DNA of 64,000 nucleotides from an uncultured Gammaproteobacteria bacterium. Its GTDB lineage: Bacteria > Patescibacteriota > Patescibacteriia > UBA9934. Under the pieces are notes generated by a model, which searched no databases, was not told where the DNA came from, and was given only the letters and a program-made list of their open reading frames with translations. A program made the translations under genes and the position numbers. Position 1 is the stretch's first letter; each line of letters starts with the position of its first letter. Below are positions 24,122 through 33,201 of the stretch, piece after piece. The DNA lies in assembly GCA_964552565.1 (NCBI GenBank), contig CAZKGL010000001.1, positions 371,061 through 435,060 on the forward strand. Reading direction: 5' to 3'.

Positions 24122-25307
24122 CGGGGAGGGGGTTTTCGTCGAGGACAGCGACTCGGGTGTCCGGATGCGCCGCCGCCCACGCGAACCAATAATACTCCGG
24201 TGCGTTCATTCGGACGAGCGACGCGCCGCGCAGCTCGCCCGCGGTGGCGATGCCGGTCGCCGACCACGTCGAGCCGGTCGCGTCGTCGACGTACACCTCG
24301 CGCTCGGCATCCCAACTGAAGCTCAATGCGCCGCCGTTCATATCGGTGCTGAAGACGTGCACGACATCGAGGTCGTGGTCGTAGAGCGCGACAAGGTGCA
24401 TACCGCCGAGCGTGGCGTTATACAGCCGCGGGCCCGGATCTTCGTCGGAACCCTCCGCCGGCTCCTTGTACAGCGCAAGCTTCGGGATGGCGAGTTCTTC
24501 GCCGTTGATGCTGAGGCCGTACACCGCCCATTTCGAACCCGGAATGCGCTCGTCGGTCGACGAGACCGGGAAGTACACGTTCATCGTCGTCGTGTACTGG
24601 CCGTACGGATGGCGCGTGTAGTCGCGGTCGAATCCGGTCGCGTCCGACAGCACTTCCCCACTGGGATAGAGCTCCTTCCAATCCATCCAACGGATGCTTT
24701 GGGACGGATACTGCGTCAGTTCTTCGCCAACCGTTTGCGGCATGTCGCCGCCGTTTTTCGCTACCACGAGCACGCCCTCCATCTGCCACCACAAGTCGCC
24801 CCGGCCGTCGGCAAGCAGCATGCCGTTGTTATAGACCTTGCCCGACACGTCAAAGCGGAGCATTTCACCCGACTCCTTCTGAACCTGGTACACCACCGCC
24901 GCGCCCGTAAGCGGATCGAATGTGATCGCGAGCCCCGCTTCGGTGTCGTTCACGACACGGTGCCAGTTCAGGATCTGCTGCGAGTAGAAACGGTGCACGC
25001 CGTCCACCTCGACGTCGATGCCGTAGACCTCGTCCGCGAGGACGCCGTCCATTGCGGCGATGGTGGTGAACGAGGGGTCGGTCAATGCCGGGACGTCTTC
25101 CGACGTCAGCCCGCTTTCATACATCTCCTCGGGGGGGATGAGGTACGTTTTTCCGTCCTCGACGAGTGCTTCGGCGAGGAGCGCGTCGTTCATGGCGCGT
25201 TCTTCGGGTGCGGTGTCGACAAGACGCTTCGCGCGAATGGCGACGAGCAGCCCGACCACGACGACTGCCGTGCCGAGCGCGATGGCGATGAGGCGTTTTT
25301 TATCCAT
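24108..25307 (-). CDS. DUF3179-like membrane-anchored protein
   Basis: VPALTDP, ILNWHRVVND, SGKVYNN, YWFAWAAAHPDT. Confidence 0.8.
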   Translation of the reverse strand: MDKKRLIAIALGTAVVVVGLLVAIRAKRLVDTAPEERAMNDALLAEALVEDGKTYLIPPEEMYESGLTSEDVPALTDPSFTTIAAMDGVLADEVYGIDVEVDGVHRFYSQQILNWHRVVNDTEAGLAITFDPLTGAAVVYQVQKESGEMLRFDVSGKVYNNGMLLADGRGDLWWQMEGVLVVAKNGGDMPQTVGEELTQYPSQSIRWMDWKELYPSGEVLSDATGFDRDYTRHPYGQYTTTMNVYFPVSSTDERIPGSKWAVYGLSINGEELAIPKLALYKEPAEGSDEDPGPRLYNATLGGMHLVALYDHDLDVVHVFSTDMNGGALSFSWDAEREVYVDDATGSTWSATGIATAGELRGASLVRMNAPEYYWFAWAAAHPDTRVAVLDENPLPDEDD

Positions 25308-25402
25308 AGTCGAATACATACAACCGCGTTTTTAGGGGCATTGTCAATGCACCCGGTACGGATTATGGTACCATGCATCGGCACGATTCTTAAACGCTTC
25401 CT

Positions 25403-25924
25403 ATGATCCGAGTCGGCAAACCCGCGCCAGTCTTCACGGACACCGTCGCCTACCAGAAGGGTGAATTCACGACGGTGGGCCTTGAACAGTACCGTGGCAA
25501 GTGGGTCGTCCTTTTCTTCTATCCCCGTGACTTTACGTTCATCTGCCCGACGGAGATCCGCAGCTTCGGCAAGCTCGAGGGCGAATTCGCGAAGCTCGGC
25601 GCCGTCATCCTCGGCGCGTCCACCGACAGCGAGTGGAGCCACAAGGCGTGGTTTACGCGCGACCTTCCCGAGGTACAGTACCCGGTCATTGCCGACACGA
25701 CGCAGCAGATCAGCCGCGACTACGACGTCCTCGACGACGACGGTTCGTCACAGCGCGGCCTGTTCCTCATCGACCCGGACGGTATCGTGAAGTATGCGCT
25801 CGTTTCGGCGGGCAGCGTCGGCCGCTCCACAAGAGAGACGCTCCGCGTGCTCCAGGCGCTCCAGTCGGGCGACCTCTGCCCGGTGGAGTGGGAACCTGGC
25901 GAGCAGACACTTGGAAAAGCATAG
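25403..25924 (+). CDS. ahpC: 2-Cys peroxiredoxin (AhpC)
   Basis: FYPRDFTFICPTE, LCPVEW. Confidence 0.93.
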   Translation: MIRVGKPAPVFTDTVAYQKGEFTTVGLEQYRGKWVVLFFYPRDFTFICPTEIRSFGKLEGEFAKLGAVILGASTDSEWSHKAWFTRDLPEVQYPVIADTTQQISRDYDVLDDDGSSQRGLFLIDPDGIVKYALVSAGSVGRSTRETLRVLQALQSGDLCPVEWEPGEQTLGKA

Positions 25925-25927
25925 ACG

Positions 25928-25964
25928 AAAAGCACAAACGAGCCCGCGGGCTCGTTTGTGTTTT
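25928..25964 (+). terminator. Intrinsic terminator
   Basis: CACAAACGAGCCC-gc-GGGCTCGTTTGTG then TTTT. Confidence 0.75.
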
Positions 25965-26086
25965 GTCGCGTGTTGTCAGGATGCGCTTGCCGCGGCTTCA
26001 CAATTCCGACGATCGTGAAGTTGTGAAGCCGGATTCCCCCCCTCCACCAAAAGAGCAATGCGGAACTTTTCATCGCAATGCACTGT

Positions 26087-27493
26087 CTATCGGAACGTTG
26101 ACAGCCACTGCACCAGCGTCCGGACGCCGAAGCCCGTGCCGCCCTTGCCGATGTAGCTCGCCATCGGGCGCTCGGCGAACGCGGGACCCGCAATGTCGAG
26201 ATGCGCCCACGGCACGTCGTCAACGAATTCCTTGAGGAAGAGCCCTGCGGTCAGCGTGCCGCCGTAACGTGAGGTTGCGATGTTTCTGAGGTCGGCGACG
26301 TCGCTTTCGATAAGGCTGCGGTAGCGCGCCGGCAGCGGCAACTCCCAGATCTTTTCACCGGTCGCGTCCGCGGCATCCTCAAGTGCGTCCTCGAGGTCGT
26401 CATCATTGCTCATGAGCCCCGCGATCTCCTCACCGAGCGCCACCGCGCATGCACCGGTCAGCGTCGCGAGGTCGACGATGGCGTCCGGCTCGAGCTGCAC
26501 CGCATACGTCAGCGCATCAGCCAGCGTCAGACGACCTTCCGCGTCGGTGTTCAAAATCTCGATCGTCTTCCCGTTGCTCGCGCGGACAACGTCGCCGGGA
26601 CGCATCGCCTTGCCCGACGGCATGTTTTCGCACGCGGCGATGATGCCGTGCACGGTGACGTTCGGAGCGATTGCGGGCAGGACGCGGAACAGGCCGAGCA
26701 CGGCCGCCGCGCCCGCCATGTCGAGTTTCATCGTCATCATTGCGTCCGCGGGCTTGAGCGAAAGGCCGCCGGAGTCAAACGTGATGCCCTTGCCGACGAC
26801 TGCGACCGTCCGCTTGCTCTTCTTTGCCGGCGTGTACGTCAGGTGGATGAACTGCGGCGGAAACTCCGATCCTTTCGCAACGGCGAGGTAGGCGCCCATG
26901 CCCCGCTGCTCGCACTCCTTGCGGTCGAGCACCTTCGCCGTAATGCGGCCCTTCGACTTCCGGGCAATGGCGCGTGCGGTGCTTGCGAGCTCGGCCGGAT
27001 GGACGTGCTCGGCCGGGGCGTTGACGAGGTCGCGGGTCAGCGTGACGCCGTCGTTCACGGCGATGACGCGGTCGACAGCCTTCCGGACCGACGCGCGCGT
27101 CCGCTCGTCCGCGACGATGACCGTGACGCTGTCCGGCAGTTTCTTTGCGTCCGTCGCCGCCTTGAACGTCGTGTACGCATACCCAAACAGGAGCGCGGAC
27201 TCGGCGACCGCGGCGCCGACCTCGGCGACGGTATGCCCGGGCACGTCCGGAAGCGCCATCGCCACGCGTTGCGCCTTGAGCCGGCGCGCCTCTTGGAGCG
27301 CAGCGCCAACGGCCTCGCGGACGGTCTCCCGGGTCAGGTCCTTTTGCTCGCCAAGCCCCATTGTCAGCATGAACCGTGCCGCGCTGCCGACCGGCGCGGC
27401 TTCAAGCGCCGTTTCGGTATTTCCCGCCGCAAAGCGGACCAAGAGGTCCTCCGAACGCATGTCCCACTTCCCTTTTTCTATTGTGATTCGCAT
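26087..27493 (-). CDS. pepA: Leucyl aminopeptidase (M17)
   Basis: GKGITFDSGG, NTDAEGRL, WAHLDIAG. Confidence 0.96.
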   Translation of the reverse strand: MRITIEKGKWDMRSEDLLVRFAAGNTETALEAAPVGSAARFMLTMGLGEQKDLTRETVREAVGAALQEARRLKAQRVAMALPDVPGHTVAEVGAAVAESALLFGYAYTTFKAATDAKKLPDSVTVIVADERTRASVRKAVDRVIAVNDGVTLTRDLVNAPAEHVHPAELASTARAIARKSKGRITAKVLDRKECEQRGMGAYLAVAKGSEFPPQFIHLTYTPAKKSKRTVAVVGKGITFDSGGLSLKPADAMMTMKLDMAGAAAVLGLFRVLPAIAPNVTVHGIIAACENMPSGKAMRPGDVVRASNGKTIEILNTDAEGRLTLADALTYAVQLEPDAIVDLATLTGACAVALGEEIAGLMSNDDDLEDALEDAADATGEKIWELPLPARYRSLIESDVADLRNIATSRYGGTLTAGLFLKEFVDDVPWAHLDIAGPAFAERPMASYIGKGGTGFGVRTLVQWLSTFR

Positions 27494-27553
27494 AGGATTG
27501 GTTGACGGAACAACGAAAGGAACGTATCATAGCCGTACGTTTTTACAACTGCT

Positions 27554-27676
27554 ATGCCATCACGTCAGCACCTCCCGCGCAAATCCCAGCGAAACCGCTG
27601 GAAGGAAGCGCGCAAAGAAGCCGAGGCGCGCCGCCGCAAGAACAAGGCGAAGCGCATGAAGAAACTCGGCAAGTAG
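27554..27676 (+). CDS. Small very basic protein (40 aa)
   Basis: Manual translation MPSRQHLPRKSQRNRWKEARKEAEARRRKNKAKRMKKLGK. Confidence 0.55.
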   Translation: MPSRQHLPRKSQRNRWKEARKEAEARRRKNKAKRMKKLGK

Positions 27677-27733
27677 CGCACACGGCATCACGGGCTTCGG
27701 CCCGTTTTGTCTTTGGCGTATCATGTCTTCCAT

Positions 27734-28813
27734 ATGCAGCTCAATGAACATCGCTTGCTCATCATCGCCTCCTGTTTCGGCATCGCCGCGCTTGCGCTCG
27801 TGCTCGGGGCACTGTTTGTCGGCCGGCTCGCGCCTGACGACGCCGCCGATACGACGGACGTGGCGATCGTCGACACCGACGACGCGGCCGCGCCCGAGCC
27901 CGAGACACACGTCTACGTCACGACGATGACGCATATGGAAGGGAGCTTCCAGGACGACACGGACGAAGCGCTGTTCCTGCGCCACGTCGCGCAGATGCGC
28001 TGGGCCATGGATCTCTTTGACGAGTACGGCATGAAACTGACGTTCGAAAGCGAACAGTCGTTCGCGAAGGCGAACACGACCTGGGGACTGAACATGCTCA
28101 AAGAGGTCGTGGAGCGCGGGCACGGCGTCGGAACGCATGCGGACTTCGGTGCGGAGTCCGTGGCGAAGAGCACGGCGTTTTATGTCCGCGCGTTCGAGGA
28201 GAACAAAGCGCTCGTCGACGCGCTCGCTGGAGCGGAACACAACCGCGGTATCTCGGGCGGCATCGGCGCGTACGATTGGGCGACGGCGATGTCGCGCGCG
28301 GGCTTCTCCTACGTTGACGGCGTCGTCGGGTTTGCATACCTCGCCATGCCGGAGAGCGAACGACCTGACGGCTGGACGGACGAGTATATCCGCTCGACCG
28401 CGTTCCACACGCCGGTGCCGCTCGACTTCTCGTTGCGCGCCCGCTTTTACGAACTGACGAATGCGGACGACTTTACGCCGGACGGGGAGGGCATCACGAT
28501 CTCGGGCGGCGAGACAGCGGAATTCTCGAAGCTGGCCGAAGACGGCGACTGCCGTTCCTGCCCGGTGACGACCGAGGACGCCGACGCGTTCTTCGCATGG
28601 GTTCGTGAAGCCGAGGCGGTCCGGACCGAGTACGACGAGCCGACAAAGGTCAATGTCCATATTCCGCTCGTGCTCTTTACGGAGAGCAACGAAGCGGTCC
28701 TACGGTACTTCCTTGCTGGTCTGGAGGAGCTTGTGGCAGAGGTCCCGTCCATCCGCCTCGCAACACAAGGAGAGGCGTACGACGGCTACCTCGAGTGGCG
28801 CAGCGCGCGTTGA
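27734..28813 (+). CDS. Membrane-anchored hypothetical protein, possibly polysaccharide-deacetylase-like
   Basis: N-terminal TM; HME, KLTFE, GHGVGTHAD. Confidence 0.7.
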   Translation: MQLNEHRLLIIASCFGIAALALVLGALFVGRLAPDDAADTTDVAIVDTDDAAAPEPETHVYVTTMTHMEGSFQDDTDEALFLRHVAQMRWAMDLFDEYGMKLTFESEQSFAKANTTWGLNMLKEVVERGHGVGTHADFGAESVAKSTAFYVRAFEENKALVDALAGAEHNRGISGGIGAYDWATAMSRAGFSYVDGVVGFAYLAMPESERPDGWTDEYIRSTAFHTPVPLDFSLRARFYELTNADDFTPDGEGITISGGETAEFSKLAEDGDCRSCPVTTEDADAFFAWVREAEAVRTEYDEPTKVNVHIPLVLFTESNEAVLRYFLAGLEELVAEVPSIRLATQGEAYDGYLEWRSAR

Positions 28814-28860
28814 GCTTGCAGGTTCACGGCGGATCGTTAGGATGGAAGAAGTAACTCTTA

Positions 28861-29142
28861 ATGATCGCCCGTATGTTGTCGCAAATCTTTGGCTACTTGC
28901 TGATCGGTCTTCTGGCCGGTTGGCTCGCGAGCCTCATCGTCCGCGGCCGTGGCCTTGGGCTCGGCGGCGACATCGTCGTCGGTATCGTCGGTGCGCTCAT
29001 CGGCGGTCTCGTCTTCGATGCACTGAACATTACGACGTTCGGCACGTTCGGCAGCCTGGTGACGGCGGTGGTGGGCGCCATCCTGCTCCTCCTCATCGTC
29101 AACGCACTCCAAGGCGAGACACGGCGCGGGGTCGACATCTAA
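28861..29142 (+). CDS. GlsB/YeaQ/YmgE family stress-response membrane protein
   Basis: IGLLAGWLA...IVVGIVGALIGG. Confidence 0.9.
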   Translation: MIARMLSQIFGYLLIGLLAGWLASLIVRGRGLGLGGDIVVGIVGALIGGLVFDALNITTFGTFGSLVTAVVGAILLLLIVNALQGETRRGVDI

Positions 29143-29147
29143 GCCAA

Positions 29148-29178
29148 GAACAAGACGCCCGTGAGGGGCGTCTTGTTC
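29148..29178. terminator. Hairpin/terminator between convergent genes
   Basis: GAACAAGACGCCC-gtgag-GGGCGTCTTGTTC. Confidence 0.7.
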
Positions 29179-29184
29179 GAACCG

Positions 29185-29283
29185 TTATTTGTTTTCCTGG
29201 GAACCGGTCTTCTTTTCGTCGTCCTTCTGCTCCTGGCCCTGGTTCTGGCCGGTCTGGCCGGCAGGCATGTTCTTGTTGTCCAT
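29185..29283 (-). CDS. Putative 32-aa hydrophilic small protein
   Basis: MDNKNMPAGQTGQNQGQEQKDDEKKTGSQENK, between the KGG gene and the terminator. Confidence 0.4.
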   Translation of the reverse strand: MDNKNMPAGQTGQNQGQEQKDDEKKTGSQENK

Positions 29284-29313
29284 AGAATGGATGATTAGAT
29301 ACACACGATGCGG

Positions 29314-29508
29314 TTAAGCGTTCTTGCTTGCGTTTTGGCTGCGCGCACGGCCGCCCTTGCGGCCTGCCTCACGCGCCTCCTCCGGACTGAACTCATGCGC
29401 ACGGCCGCTTGCGTGGGCCGCACGTCCCCCGCGGCTGGCGATCTCGCGCTGGCGTTCTGGGTCCATGCTCGCGAAACCGCGACCACCGCGCTCTTCAACG
29501 TACATCAT
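29314..29508 (-). CDS. KGG-repeat general stress protein
   Basis: RGFASMDPERQREIASRGG...EAREAGRKGG. Confidence 0.88.
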   Translation of the reverse strand: MMYVEERGGRGFASMDPERQREIASRGGRAAHASGRAHEFSPEEAREAGRKGGRARSQNASKNA

Positions 29509-29876
29509 ATCGCGCAATGCTACGGAATTAGCGCTGTGCGGAGCCGTATCCACGGTTGTGTCGTGGGGCTGCAACGCACAGGGCGGCCGTCGCCAACACC
29601 GGTTGAGCTCCGTCCAGAAAAACAAAACGACGGCCATCCCCTACGTTCAAGCCGCTCGCAACAAGCGACATTCCTGACTCATCACGCAAGCGTGTATCGT
29701 CACTCCTGTCGATTGAATTGTTGAGGTACGCCGGGCACATCCCGGTATGTCGACCATAAGCCCATCCCAGAGGCATGTCAAGGAAAAATGGGTATTTTTC
29801 CTAAGAAAAGCCCAGTTTTATTGTTGAGATATGAGGATCCCGGGGTAGGCCGAAGCCGTACCCCGGGACGCGCCTC

Positions 29877-31445
29877 CTAGTCGCAGGTCGTGGGTTCGCT
29901 GTACGCGATGGCGATGGTGTCGCCGTCCGTCGGCACGTACGGCTCCTGGAACACGACCGCGTTCGCGCTGCCGTCGTACGCCCAGGTGCCCGTCTCCTCG
30001 GCGCCATTGCGCGTCACCCGGATCGTGAACGGGTCGGCAGGGTCCGAGAGGTCGAACTGCTCCTTGCGGACGCTTGCCGAGGCGAGCGCCTCCACGTTCT
30101 CGCCCCAGTCGGAGCAAATTGAGAGGAAGAGCCCGCCGGTCGCGAGCGCCGCCTCACGGTAGCCCGTGCCCGGCGCCGCAACGTTGTCCGAAGTCGAGCA
30201 GCCGCCCGGCACGTCGCCGACGATCGCCGACATCTTGAGGAGCAGCTCGTCGCCCTTCACCGCGGAGAGCCCGTTGACGTAGTGGTCCCAGGCGTACTCG
30301 CTGTGCTCGGGCTCGTCGCTCACCATGATGACGTGGAGCTGCGCATCGGGCCGGACGAACCCCTCGTTGCACGCGCCCGGCGCCGACTGCGCCACCGCGT
30401 TCGTCGCGAGCGTCAGCCCGGCTTCGGTGTACGTCCCGCCCCCGCCTTCGGTCGCTGCCTCGCGGAAGCGCTCGACGTAATCGGGCACGTCCGGGGTCAG
30501 CACGCCGCTCGCGCTGCAGCCCCCGTCCTCCTTCACCACCATGATCTGCCAGTCCGGCATGTACGGCGAGAGGAGGTCGATGAACGTACTGATGTTGTCG
30601 GCGAGCGCCGCCTGATCGTCGTCCATGGAGACCGACTCGTCGATCGTGAACAGCATGTCGACCTTCGGGATCGCGGCGAGCACCCACGTCTGCTCATACC
30701 GCTGGGGCACGTGCCCGTCGCCCTTCTGGACCGCCTCGCGCGTGCCGACCGCTTCGTTGCTGTCGACCGCGAGGATGCCGATCTCGTCGTCCTCGTCGTC
30801 CGGCGCGAACCGGATGCCCACCGTCTCCGCCTCGCCCGGATCGAGCGTGAACGGCAGCCGCGGCAGGTCGGTGATCGTGAACGTCCCCTCGGACTCGCGG
30901 ATCGCGGTGACTTCGAGCTCGGCGTTGCCGACGTTCGTCAGCACCACCTCGTTGTCGCGTGCGCACGAAACGTTCACCGTGCCGTAGTCGAGTGGGTCGG
31001 GCGTGATCTGCAGTTCGGGCATGATGCCCTCGCCGACGAGATCCACGTACACGACCTCGTTGCCGTCGTCGTCCGAGTACACCGCCGCCGTCGTTGCGAA
31101 GCGGCCGGGGTGCTCCGGCGCGAACGTCGCCACGACTTCCCGCTCCTTGCCCTCGGGCAGCAGGAACGAAAGGTCGCCGTCGGCGGTCATGAGGGCGTAC
31201 GCGCCGTCCGCCTCGAGGCGGATGCCCGACACCCGAAGGATCGAGTTGTCCGTGCCCACGCTCTGCACGGTGAACGGCAGCGCGCGCGTCTCGTTCGGGC
31301 CAAGCGCGCCGAAGTCGAGCCGGCCCGGCGTGACCTTGATCGCCGGGTCGCCGTTCGCGCCGTTCAGGTCCGTGTGTTTCGCGAGCCCATTGTCCATGCA
31401 CCCCGCCAGCATGATGGCGAGCGCAGTCCCCCCGATGCGATTCAT
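29877..31445 (-). CDS. Lipoprotein with two Ig-like (ASH/choice-of-anchor D-like) domains and a vWA domain
   Basis: LAGC lipobox; LDFG/LDYG..TNVG repeats; MIDAS DESVS; VSDE. Confidence 0.85.
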   Translation of the reverse strand: MNRIGGTALAIMLAGCMDNGLAKHTDLNGANGDPAIKVTPGRLDFGALGPNETRALPFTVQSVGTDNSILRVSGIRLEADGAYALMTADGDLSFLLPEGKEREVVATFAPEHPGRFATTAAVYSDDDGNEVVYVDLVGEGIMPELQITPDPLDYGTVNVSCARDNEVVLTNVGNAELEVTAIRESEGTFTITDLPRLPFTLDPGEAETVGIRFAPDDEDDEIGILAVDSNEAVGTREAVQKGDGHVPQRYEQTWVLAAIPKVDMLFTIDESVSMDDDQAALADNISTFIDLLSPYMPDWQIMVVKEDGGCSASGVLTPDVPDYVERFREAATEGGGGTYTEAGLTLATNAVAQSAPGACNEGFVRPDAQLHVIMVSDEPEHSEYAWDHYVNGLSAVKGDELLLKMSAIVGDVPGGCSTSDNVAAPGTGYREAALATGGLFLSICSDWGENVEALASASVRKEQFDLSDPADPFTIRVTRNGAEETGTWAYDGSANAVVFQEPYVPTDGDTIAIAYSEPTTCD

Positions 31446-31702
31446 GTTCCCCCCTGTGTTCGTGAAAGGCTCCGCCCTTCACTGCCCCGGACGCCAAGCG
31501 ACGCCCAGGGTCGTAAAGGCCGGCCAACACGCCAGATGAGCATGGCCGGATGGGCTTGTCAAAACCCGCCGTTTTCACAGCTTGGAATAGCCATTACTCG
31601 ACATTTTTCCAGGAATAGCGTATGGTTGCGCCAGCAAATACGAGCTGAGTAGAAGGATCTTCTGCAACGCCACGCTTGCAGCTTATTCATCACTCATGCG
31701 CT

Positions 31703-31900
31703 ATGCAGGGTACTATCAAGCGCCTCACGGACCGTGGCTTCGGCTTCATCGCTCCGGAAGACGGCAGTGCGGACCTCTTCTTCCACTCGACGGAACTCGT
31801 CGGTGTGGCATTCGACGATCTGCGCGAAGGTGACAAGGTGACGTTCGAGGTCATGCAGTCGGACAAGGGTCCGAAGGCGACCGGCGTCTCCCGCGCCTAA
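31703..31900 (+). CDS. Cold-shock protein
   Basis: RGFGFI, LFFHST, KGPKA. Confidence 0.95.
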   Translation: MQGTIKRLTDRGFGFIAPEDGSADLFFHSTELVGVAFDDLREGDKVTFEVMQSDKGPKATGVSRA

Positions 31901-31934
31901 CAAAAATCGGCTGCCTCTCGGCAGCCGATTTTTG
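31901..31934. terminator. Bidirectional intrinsic terminator
   Basis: CAAAAATCGGCTGCC-tctc-GGCAGCCGATTTTTG. Confidence 0.85.
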
Positions 31935-31936
31935 TA

Positions 31937-32539
31937 TTAGCGCACGGTCACCCACCGGGCGCCGGACGCGCCCGTATTCCCGTCCCAGTCGGTGCACGAT
32001 GCGGCGACGCGGTACTTCCCCTTCTCCGTAAAACGATACGTGGTCACGAACTCTTTCCCGTCCTGCGTCATGGCGGCAGCCGCCTCGCCGTCGACGACCA
32101 GCGTGCAGGCGACCGCGTCCGACTCGCCGGACGTCACCACGCCGAACGTCGTTTTCTTCCCGACCCTCGCACTCGTCGTCGCGATGCGCGACACCTTCGG
32201 CCCTGTAGTATCGATCTCAAACGTCACCGAGGCCGGCGTACTGATGCCCTTGCGGAGCCCGCGCGCCCGGACTTCGAACGTGTACCAGCCGTCATCGAGC
32301 TTCCACAACGTCTTTGACGTGAAGTTCCCGATGCCGACGTAGTCGGAACCGTTCAAGCGGTATTCATACCATGTGGCGTCGTCGACCGGCGTCCAGGTGA
32401 TCGTCGGGGTCGTGTCGTTGGTGAACCGGCCGGACGCGATGGCGAGGTCATGCGGCGTCGCAAGCAGGTTGATAGCCGCGGACGCGGACGCTGGCCAAGC
32501 GGACGCGAGCGCAAGGGCAAGGGCAAAAAAGCGGAGCAT
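31937..32539 (-). CDS. Secreted Ig-like/PKD-like domain protein
   Basis: Signal peptide; TNDTTPTITW, DGWYTFEVRA, IDTTGP. Confidence 0.75.
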   Translation of the reverse strand: MLRFFALALALASAWPASASAAINLLATPHDLAIASGRFTNDTTPTITWTPVDDATWYEYRLNGSDYVGIGNFTSKTLWKLDDGWYTFEVRARGLRKGISTPASVTFEIDTTGPKVSRIATTSARVGKKTTFGVVTSGESDAVACTLVVDGEAAAAMTQDGKEFVTTYRFTEKGKYRVAASCTDWDGNTGASGARWVTVR

Positions 32540-32591
32540 ATGCTTCCATGTATCCCGACCTTCGACCCGGCGTCAATGCCTCGGTATAATC

Positions 32592-32650
32592 AAGTCTAAG
32601 GTCGAAGGTCCAAAGTCAAAAGCTTTCGACTTTTCACTTTCGACTTTTTA
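32592..32650. repeat. Inverted heptamer tandem array
   Basis: aagtcta/aggtcga/aggtcca/aagtcaa followed by tttcgac/ttttcac/tttcgac. Confidence 0.65.
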
Positions 32651-32656
32651 TCTTCT

Positions 32657-33160
32657 ATGCGCGTCCCCATCCGACGGTCGGAAATTCTCGCACAAACAAA
32701 AAAACAAGACGACCACTACGTCACGCGCAAGGCGATCGCGCGCATGAACGAGGAACGCTTGCGGCTTCTGAGCGAACGCCCCGCGCTCATTGAAGAAGTA
32801 CAACGGACCGCCGAGGAGGGCGACTTTTCCGAGAATGCCGGGTACCAGGCCGCAAAGGCGGCGTTGCGACGGTTGAACGGGCGCATCACGTGGCTGGAGG
32901 AACGGCTGAAGCACGCGATCCCCATTGAAGAAGACGCGGGCGACGGGACGGTGCGCATCGGGTCGACGGTACGGCTTGTGACCGCAGAAAGAACAATGAC
33001 CGTGCAGATCCTCGGCGCGCAAGAGGCGAACCCGTCGCGCGGCAGCATTTCCCACCTCTCGCCGCTCGGCGCCGCACTGCTCGGGCACGTCGCGGGCGAC
33101 ACGGTCACCGTGAAGACGCCAGAGCGGGAAATGACGTACGCGATTGCTGCTATCGAATAA
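32657..33160 (+). CDS. Second GreA/GreB family factor
   Basis: GDFSENAGY, ISHLSPLG. Confidence 0.9.
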   Translation: MRVPIRRSEILAQTKKQDDHYVTRKAIARMNEERLRLLSERPALIEEVQRTAEEGDFSENAGYQAAKAALRRLNGRITWLEERLKHAIPIEEDAGDGTVRIGSTVRLVTAERTMTVQILGAQEANPSRGSISHLSPLGAALLGHVAGDTVTVKTPEREMTYAIAAIE

Positions 33161-33165
33161 GAAGC

Positions 33166-33195
33166 TGCCCGTGGCCTGCGTACAGGCCACGGGCA
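33166..33195. terminator. Hairpin between convergent genes
   Basis: TGCCCGTGGCCTG-cgta-CAGGCCACGGGCA. Confidence 0.65.
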
Positions 33196-33201
33196 CGTCG
33201 T

